From the NCBI GenBank assembly GCA_965240325.2, contig OZ251222.1:2232001-2296000 (forward strand): a stretch of DNA of 64,000 bases, given 5' to 3'. This stretch comes from Rebecca billardiae RCC1528 (taxonomy: Eukaryota > Protista > Haptophyta). The notes beneath the pieces were generated by a model, which was not told where the DNA came from, did no database searches, and was given only the letters and a program-made list of their open reading frames with translations. This document shows, piece after piece, positions 55,852 to 64,000 of the stretch (position 1 is the first letter of the stretch; each line of letters begins with the position of its first letter). The position numbers and the translations under genes are program-made.

Positions 55852-56022
55852 ATGGCGGCCTTCTTGTGGTGGGCGTATGCCAGCTTCTGGATCGCGTGGT
55901 GCCTCATCGTCATCGAGATCTCGGGGCCGTCGACGTACGGTCTGGTTCTGCGTCGGTCACTTGCCGGTTTCAGGCCAACCCCTGTGTACAGGCGCTTGCT
56001 GGCTAGATATGCTCTCACGTGA
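55852..56022 (+). CDS. Possible small membrane protein or first exon (56 aa; not in the ORF track)
   Basis: Translates as MAAFLWWAYASFWIAWCLIVIEISGPSTYGLVLRRSLAGFRPTPVYRRLLARYALT. It starts 130 bp from, and divergent to, the previous gene. Confidence 0.35.
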   Translation: MAAFLWWAYASFWIAWCLIVIEISGPSTYGLVLRRSLAGFRPTPVYRRLLARYALT

Positions 56023-56733
56023 AGACTTCATCTCGGCCTCGTCATGCAACGGTGAACGCAGAAACGGATCGCATCTCTGCCGAAAGAATGGGCGTCGAAA
56101 CCAAAGCCATCGGGAACATTCGGGCTTGACCCTTCTTTCTGGTCGTTACGTTTGCACGGCTCGCGGCACACTATTCCCCACCGCATCTCCAGGCCACACT
56201 CCGCATGCACGCTGCGACAGCGAACGACGGGCTACGTATGCTGCTGAAGGTCCGACAACGTGACGTGGTGGCCCGAGCAGCATGCCTTCCGGCCGAGCCG
56301 CAGAGGCTTACAGCGTGTGTCAGGCTTCGTCATCTGCGAGATGGATGTCAGTGGCGGAGTGTAACTGACAGTGACGCCATTACTTCACTGTGGCAGTACG
56401 GCGGTACCGCCAAGTGACCGACGGCGACGCCGGTACGGGTTCAGTTAGGCACTGTTCGGACGACAGTTGACAAGTCCATCGCCAACTCGCCAATCCGCCT
56501 CATCAAGCCGAAGTTATTAGCGGCTCGATCCTCGCGGCTTCGTCGAGGCCGGCGGCTGGTACTGATCCGGTCGCGGTGCCTTCGGGGCGCCGCAGGCGGC
56601 TTCCGATAGATAGGCGAGTTCCGACGACGGCGCAGTCATCGTGATGGTGCAGAGGCGCGCGAATAAAGAATAATAAAACTCTCGCGGCGACGAAAAGTCA
56701 AAAGACGACGACCAAGCATCTCCCAACGGAAGG

Positions 56734-57000
56734 ATGGCGACAGCGGCGCCTATGGCTGTCTGCAAGCGATGCAAAGGGCCGTTCAATCCCGAGGCTCGTG
56801 AGGAGGGTGGATGCTGTTTTCATCCCCAGACCTGGGCAGGCGAGACAGCTCAACGGTGGCTCCCTCCTGGCAGCAACGAGGACGGCTCTGCGGTGCACTT
56901 CTTCTGGACGTGCTGTGGCCAGGCAGAGAGGAAAGCGCCCGGCTGCAAGAAGAGCAAGCATATCACCTTCGACGAGGAGGACAAGGAGACATGGGGTTGA
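56734..57000 (+). CDS. Small Cys/His zinc-binding protein
   Basis: Pattern CKRC...CCFHP...FWTCCG...APGC....H. Confidence 0.7.
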   Translation: MATAAPMAVCKRCKGPFNPEAREEGGCCFHPQTWAGETAQRWLPPGSNEDGSAVHFFWTCCGQAERKAPGCKKSKHITFDEEDKETWG

Positions 57001-57720
57001 CCTTTCCGCACCCATCTATGGACACATGTTGAAGTTGCCCCTGGGCTTTTCCAACTTGCTGAAGCCGATTCGAATGCCATTCGCCTGCGCATGACATCAC
57101 TAAACGTGGGGGCACGCGTGGCCGGCAACCTGTCGATGATCGCGCGCTGCCACTTAGGACCGACTAGCTTTGCAGCACGCGGGCGGCGTGCGAAGGCACC
57201 GAGCCGACAGCAACAGTCCGACAGCGCACTGCGCAGCATTGCAGTGCCGCCACTTGGCAGAGGCACGCCGAGGGACCACGAGGCTGAACTCACTAAGTAG
57301 TCCCGATAGTCAGCCCGGCAAACGTATTATAATAAACGGCGGTGCGCGCGCGCTGATAGTTGGCAAGGTATACGTTCGTGAGTCGTGTTACGACGTATAC
57401 TGTCACAATGACGCAGAGCCCAATCCAACTTAGCAAGCTCAGCGGATGATCACATCGTCATCCATTCATCGTCGTACTAAAGTTACTATTCTAAAGGAGT
57501 ATACCGCGTTGTCTGATAGCCACCGCCGCAGGGCGGCCGCATGGCGTCGCATTGAATATTGATCGTCGTAGTCACTGTCATATCCGCGTATAGCAGTAAT
57601 ATTCGAGACTCGAGTGAAAATCAATAATAACAATGAAGCCTCCGGACATGCATCACCTGATTCACTTGAATTTAGCGCTGTCGACTGTGCCCTGCAATTG
57701 GACCGGCTAAGAGCGCCTAA

Positions 57721-58002
<282 letters not shown>

Positions 58003-58404
58003 ATAATTGAGTCAACGCCGACATAATAACAACGCCCGCCCGCCAGCACTCGCCACTCTGCACTCAGCACTATCAAGCCGCGCCACCCCGCGCGCCTTTC
58101 AATCAGTCTGTCGGGGTCTGACGAACTCTGATCGTTACTACTCTAAACTTGTAGTATACTACCATCGAGTCCGATCCTACGCGGATGAGGCTGCCCTAGA
58201 TTCAGACCAGGCTGCCACTGTCGTACTACTCAGTGACTAGACTACGTTCAGGGCACCAGGCTGACCGTACGTTGATAACGTCACTCCGGTCAGCACTCGT
58301 CGTCGGCAGGTGACTGAGGTGATCTCATTCTGAGTACGTCATACTATAAAGAAGCCGCGGCAAAATCGCTCGTAACGAACCGTTCCGTTGCCACGTCCAG
58401 GCGA

Positions 58405-58653
58405 GGACTCACGTCCCGTCCACCGATTACATACGGAATCTGCCATCGATCTGGCGGACGCGCTCATTTTGACCAAAAAAGACCTCTCTGCTATGCGATC
58501 TTTCAAAAGAAACTCGGTCTCAACCAGCCATGAAAAGCGCGCCCCCGTCCCTTTTTTCTTGAGCAAAGATCTTATTTTGAAACGTGGTTAGTGCCCGCGC
58601 CGCTGGCAGTATCCACGCTGCGCGCTGCGGCGCTCCGCCCTGCACCGCGGGCC
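58405..58653 (-). mobile_element. Family H1 terminal fragment (copy 3)
   Basis: Similar to 17660-17899 and 23010-23147, ending GCTCCGCCCTGCACCGCGGGCC. No clear partner end. Confidence 0.55.
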
Positions 58654-58971
58654 GCGTATATAACGTCGTCGTGTTCCGATTACTACGTTGAATCCACCGG
58701 ACCACACTTTCGGAATTAGTATATACGAGACCGAGTCGTAATATATGAACACCGTCTACCGGTCATCTTGAAAAAAACGGTCGTTCAAAGGCTGTTATTG
58801 ACCGACCTGTGAGATGCCTTGGCGTTAAGTGCTGCCCACGAATAGCTGGGACTGGTGTTGCAAGCGTCGATTTCGACTTCGACCGGACCGAATGATCTGA
58901 TCTCGACGCCCATCCGCGATCGCCGATCCGCGCTGGCGCCTGGAAGTCGCCCGCCACCTGGCGACGGCAAC

Positions 58972-59895
58972 TCATTCGTCCTCGTTGAGGTGCGCAAGTC
59001 GTACGCTCGCGCCGTCGCGGTGAACTGCACGTGATCCTGCCGACAGCGGCGCCGCGGCGGCGGCAGCAGCACCACCATCACCAAGACGTGCCGCCGATGT
59101 GAAGACAATGGTCGAGCCAGCTTCGCCCGGCGGAGCGGGCTCTGGGAGCGGATCCATAGCCGTATCGGGTGCTGGACGTACAGCAGCCATCGCCGCAGCC
59201 AAGGCCTGCTTGTTCTCCTGCTCCGCGCTCTCGATATCAGCCAGCGAGTAGTGCGTGTAGCCAGCTCTCGGCTGCCCAGCGTGCGGTGCCAACTCACGTG
59301 CAGCAGTGGCGTCATCAGCCGCAGCCACATCAGGACCAAAAGAGACGCGCTTCGTGCGCTTATCTGATGCGGGGTGCCGCGCGCCTCCTCGAGGCAAGCG
59401 GGCCTCTAGCGCGCGCTTGCTCTGCTCGCCGCGTGACTCCATCCCTGCCGCGTCGGGATCGCCAGCGCCATCGCTCTCTGACCCAGCTGAGAGGTCATCG
59501 AGATCGTCCAATGGGTTCCACGATGCGCCCGCCTGCGCTGCGCTGTCGCTCACATGCCCCGCAGCCTCAGCGTGGCCTGGAATGACGTGGCCATGGATTG
59601 ACGTCCAGAAGCGCAATGGGGCATCCGAGGGATCTCGCGCACCTCCCAGCGCGCCGAAGACGTGCTGAGCCCTGTCGTTGAAGGCCTCAGACTGGCGGCC
59701 AGCTTGGTCTTGATCGCCGCCCGTTGACTCACGCCGCAGGCGGGCCGATGCGGCCTGAAGCAGCTCGTCACGATCGCGCGCTTCGACTTCCTCTTCGTCG
59801 GTACTGAGCTCGTGCTCCTCGCTCGCCATCAGGTCCTTGACCTCATTGAATTGCGCCCATTCATTCTTGCTTGCGCCGCCTCCTTCTGGCTCCAT
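58972..59895 (-). CDS. TSSC4: TSSC4-like U5 snRNP assembly factor
   Basis: Motifs FNDRAQHVFGAL, GYTHYSLADIE...NKQA, IVF and VRLAHL occur in the order of the conserved TSSC4 blocks. Confidence 0.65.
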   Translation of the reverse strand: MEPEGGGASKNEWAQFNEVKDLMASEEHELSTDEEEVEARDRDELLQAASARLRRESTGGDQDQAGRQSEAFNDRAQHVFGALGGARDPSDAPLRFWTSIHGHVIPGHAEAAGHVSDSAAQAGASWNPLDDLDDLSAGSESDGAGDPDAAGMESRGEQSKRALEARLPRGGARHPASDKRTKRVSFGPDVAAADDATAARELAPHAGQPRAGYTHYSLADIESAEQENKQALAAAMAAVRPAPDTAMDPLPEPAPPGEAGSTIVFTSAARLGDGGAAAAAAAPLSAGSRAVHRDGASVRLAHLNEDE

Positions 59896-60237
59896 CGTGC
59901 GGCCAAAAAATCACATTCGTCGTCCGCCATTATTATTACCACTTTAAATTTATTTCCCCGCGCCCACCAATTTTAGTGAAGCGTAGCTTACCCGGATAGC
60001 GCCGTGGCCGTCGTCCGCGTGCTGCTGTCGCGCCACGCGCCCGCGGGCCGCGGGCGATGCCCGGCCGCCCCGGCGGATGGCAGAGGCTCATGAGGGCCGA
60101 TGAGGCCCTTTGATGAGGCTGTAAAAAGTAGGACACTGCATCTTCAAAAGCTGGCAAGCTGCAGACCTCTGACCTCAGCAAGTCAGAGTCGGTCGATGAT
60201 CGCTCGGAACTGCCAACTGGAAGTCGGAGGACATGAT

Positions 60238-60993
60238 TCAGCCCCGTTTGATTTTGAGACACACCACAGTTGTGTCGTCCTTGACGACACCCGCACGTTG
60301 AGCAGCCTCCACCAGCCGCGCAGCAATGATCACAGGCGGGAGATTCGCATGGCGGCTGACAACGTCGCAGATCTCCGCGCGGCGGAGGTTGTCGCTGACG
60401 CCATCGGAGATGAGCAGGCCGATGGCAAGCAGCGCGCTCGTTTCTTGGCGGCCATAAGGGTCGTCGAGACGAGTCACGGCGAGCTCAGCTGATGCCGGCG
60501 AGTCGTTTGGCAGCTGCCAGGGGCAGCCGGGCGAGTGCATCCGCGCACGCGTGATCGCCGCCACGCTGTAGACGCCGTCGGCGGTCCGCGGCGGCAGCAG
60601 CAGCAGGGCCGAACTGTCCCCGAGGCAGAGAGTGTTCCACGTAGTGCCCGTGCTCGTCTCATCGCACACTCCCGCGATGCACGCCGTCGCAGCGCCGCGT
60701 GAAGCAGACGCCGCAGCCGAAGACAGGCTGTCGACGGCGGCCGCCCTCCACTCGGACGGCCGTCTGACAACGCCCCCGAGGCGGGTGCGCACGCCACTCG
60801 CGAGCGCGCGTGCGTACGCGCCAGATCCCTTTGCGGAGGAGACGCCGTCAAACACACCAGCGTTGGCGCCAGTGCAGAAGCATGCATCCTCATTTCCGAT
60901 GATGGGGAGACGGCCTGGCTTGGCGGCAGACCATGACGCGGATTGCACCACGACGTTGCTCGCCGCGAGCACGACGAGGAGAGCCTCCATCAT
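60238..60993 (-). CDS. PTC7: PP2C-family phosphatase, PTC7-like
   Basis: Motifs NEDACF, GVFDGV, ATAC, LGDS, CPWQL, ISDGVSDNL and KDDTTVV. Start chosen at MMEALLVVLAA. Confidence 0.75.
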   Translation of the reverse strand: MMEALLVVLAASNVVVQSASWSAAKPGRLPIIGNEDACFCTGANAGVFDGVSSAKGSGAYARALASGVRTRLGGVVRRPSEWRAAAVDSLSSAAASASRGAATACIAGVCDETSTGTTWNTLCLGDSSALLLLPPRTADGVYSVAAITRARMHSPGCPWQLPNDSPASAELAVTRLDDPYGRQETSALLAIGLLISDGVSDNLRRAEICDVVSRHANLPPVIIAARLVEAAQRAGVVKDDTTVVCLKIKRG

Positions 60994-61325
60994 CACAAGA
61001 GGTTCTTGTGACAACAGATGGGAGGCGGAAGATTTACGAGATTCGGCGCGGGATTCCGATTTCCGAGAGATTCTCATCATCTCCGGAGAAGTAACTAGCT
61101 TCGTCCCATCCGGTTCAGTGCTGTTGGAATAACAGACCCAGGCAACAGACGTGGGCTGCGCGAATAGGGACCTGCTCGATTTACCCGCGTGGCCTGGCAG
61201 GCCCGCCCGCCGCCGTGTGCACGGCACACGCCCACCGGGATCAGCGCCAAAACTCGCTGTGCCAGCCGGGCCTAGACCATCACTTAGCGTTCGGCGCTCG
61301 CGCGAAACTCGCCCCGCACGCAACG

Positions 61326-62003
61326 ATGCCCGACACGCTCTCGGCTGGGCCCATCGCATCAGTCGCGGCGTGCGCCACAGCGGCGGGCCTCGCGTACGCG
61401 CTCAAGCGTCGCCCGTACTCCAACGGACATGCCCACGACGCCGGTCTCGGTGATTACAGCGCTGAGCTCGCCAAGATGCGGGCCGAGATGGACAACCTGC
61501 GCCACGGTCAGGAGCGCGCACAGGCGCAACTCGCAGCGCTCCAGGCCGAGCTGGACGAGACCGCGATGAGGGCCGATCGCGCCGAGGCCGAGATGGAGCG
61601 CGCCTGCCTCGCGACGCGGGAGATGCAGGCCGAGTTGACGACCAAGGACGAGGAGATGGCGTCGCTGGCTGCGGAGCTGGAGACCGCGCGGGCCGAGCTC
61701 AAGTTCGCGCAGTCGCAGCGAGAGGCATCGGCCGGCTCCCGCCAGTACGACGGTTCCTTCTACCCGCGCACCGAGGGCGCGATGAGCTACTACCCGTGCT
61801 CGACCGATGGCGATCGCTCGGTGCTGTCCGGCTTCAGCCCGCAGTCGCCCGACAAGCAGCGCAACAAGGGCCCGCGTGGCCAGCTGACGCCCATGGACAA
61901 GAAGTGGGAGGGCGCTATGCTGCGCACATCGCTCTTCATGCCTCCGGGGAAGGCCTCAAAGGCACGCGAGGCGGAGCCCGCTCGCCGCGAGCTTGCGTTC
62001 TGA
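61326..62003 (+). CDS. Membrane-anchored coiled-coil protein, function unknown
   Basis: Hydrophobic N-terminus followed by KRR, then a long E/A/L/M heptad region. Codon usage is host-like. Confidence 0.65.
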   Translation: MPDTLSAGPIASVAACATAAGLAYALKRRPYSNGHAHDAGLGDYSAELAKMRAEMDNLRHGQERAQAQLAALQAELDETAMRADRAEAEMERACLATREMQAELTTKDEEMASLAAELETARAELKFAQSQREASAGSRQYDGSFYPRTEGAMSYYPCSTDGDRSVLSGFSPQSPDKQRNKGPRGQLTPMDKKWEGAMLRTSLFMPPGKASKAREAEPARRELAF

Positions 62004-64000
62004 GCGTGAGGGCAGTGCGCGCGGCGTGAGCCACGCGACACGCACCACACGCTCCGGCACGCTTCCGTTTCTCGGCACTGCGCGGCATAGCAGCCCTGCT
62101 TGCTTGTGCGCTTGCTCGAGCTGAGACGCGCGGACATTCCCCGTGGGCTCCCGCGAGATCTGCAAACCGAGAAGCCGTCAAGCCCTGTCTGTCAGCTGTC
62201 CCCGCCGTGCCTGGCTCGCCTGGCGTTGCTCCGCGGCAGCACGTGCTCTACCGCTCCTACCTCCGTGCGAGCCGTCGTCCCCGCAGCTTTCCCATTGCCC
62301 TCCATCACGACGATGCCATGTCGGCCTCACCAGCTATCTGCCGAGCGCCAGGCAGTGTGGGCCTGCCGTGCAGCTCACCGGGACAAGTGGCACGGCACCG
62401 CTCCCCGCGAGACCCGAGTTGGTCATTACTGGCGACGCTGCCCGTTCTGGGGCCAGTCTCATCAAGGAAGTGTCTGTGCATGTCATGAGGCGATCGGAGC
62501 CTGTGGTGCCATGCATTCCGGGCTGATGACAAAACGTACATCTTATCATCAACATCATCAGCATCACTTCGGGTGCCCCGAGCCCCGCCGTCGTTCCGGC
62601 CGACTAGTGAGATTACTGAGAATCCGATCCGCGCCAGTCATTGACCAGTCGCGGCCGCGGAGTCCGAATCCGCGATGGGCACCGGCGGCGGCGTCGCCCG
62701 CCGACACTGTCCGCCGCAGCGCCAGCGGGCTCGGCCGCAGGCTGTGGGCGTGGCACGGTGCGAGGCAGGAGTAGTCTTGAAAATTCTTTAAATAAGTATA
62801 TAAACTCTGCCCTGGCGGGCGGGGGGGTCGGCGGGCCGTGCCAGTGCTGTCGCAATATTTCCCCAGCGGGTTCGCGCTGCTTTTATTTAGCGGTTTGACG
62901 GGCAGGATGACGAATACTACAATGCGACACACAGATGATGGTGAGCTACCTGACTCACTGACGAATAATAACGCGACAGATGACTCTGGTGATCTCACCG
63001 ACAGTGTGATTGCGCGTGTATTCGTGCACCCACTCGGCGCTACTCGTCATCCCGGGTGCCGACAGCCGAGCCGTCGACTGTGCGCACGCACTGGCCAATA
63101 ACTGATTGGCGTGCGACGGCGGCTTGCTTGTGACGCCTGACGGTGACGGTTCAATGTCCTCGGAGCTAAACAGTGGTGGCGGAGTGTGATGTCATGTTTC
63201 ATTTGTTTAGGTCGTCTGGAAGTGCGGTGCGCGCGCGCGCAGTGCGAGAGCGTGTGCCACTCGCGATCGAGGGTGCCGGCACGCGCTGCTCGAGCAGGCA
63301 CAGGAAGCGCAGCGCATGTGCCACTGGCTTCACGACGTCGGCCTCGTCCCGCAGCGCTCGTGACATGGTGGAGGATGGGGCGACAATGTTGCACGCTCGG
63401 CGTTTCAGCTCGTCGCGGATGCGCCTCTGGGATCGGTCAATCGGTCATAGCGCTGTGCGACGAGGGCCGCCGACTCGCCAAGACGCGGTTCCTTCCACGG
63501 CTGCAAACCCGGGAGGTGCGTGCGGTGCGCGTCGTACGCCGCTTTGCGCTGCCCCTCCGTCGCATTGGTCACCGTCGGCGCCATGCAGGCCGGACGTGGG
63601 CCCTCGAGCGCCGAGCGATCTTTGGCCGCGAGCTCGCGAGCGCGAAACATGATCGCCCGCGCTGGAACACCACCGATCGTAGCAAACGGATTTGCATGCG
63701 CCCGACCTTGCTGACCACTGGACCGGGGCACGCGACAGTCCGGTGTGTGGATTCCGGTTATGGTGTTCAGAAGGCCGCGCCAAATCTTGCGTCGCGTGCG
63801 ATGGCGCTTCCCGCCCGCGAGACGCCTCGTGATGAGGGCCGTTCCGCACCGAGCCCGACGCGCGACGGTGAATCGAGCGAGGCGGCCATCGTGCGCAGCG
63901 CTTGATGCTATGGCCGGTGCGAGCTTTCGACGTGCACGTCAGGCGAGGATCGCCCCAGGTCGCACGATCGTGTCGACGCGCCGAGCGTACCGCTCCAAAC

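Noticed and set aside
62100-64000. Several overlapping ORFs at the window end
   Set aside because: No recognisable domains or host-like codon bias, so no gene call can be supported.

Overview
This is very GC-rich, gene-dense eukaryotic DNA with few introns. The short GTG...GCAG introns, microsatellites and gene content fit a haptophyte-like alga such as Diacronema/Pavlova (inference only). About 16 protein genes are supportable: a NEK8/9-type kinase-RCC1 protein, a ~3,750-aa polycystin-1/REJ-GPS-like receptor with EF-hands, a GT90 glycosyltransferase, a DUF2828 TROVE-like/vWA protein, a frameshifted Sel1-MYND gene, a Cys-rich zinc-finger-like protein, C2CD3, a beta-propeller/EGF membrane protein, a Rab22-like GTPase, an EEP-phosphoesterase/GT29 sialyltransferase fusion, an SRPBCC protein, a multi-TM protein, a small Cys/His protein, TSSC4-like, a PTC7-like PP2C and a coiled-coil protein. 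The most unusual part is non-coding. At least three families of transposase-less elements lack obvious TSDs; two clearly show a terminal inverted repeat, a sub-terminal partner repeat and a 3' hairpin (Helentron/HINE-like), and the third shows it less cleanly. One family forms a head-to-tail trimer (40325-48372), with a head-to-tail dimer of a second family inserted into its first left end. The elements carry internal hairpin arrays and a higher-order minisatellite.
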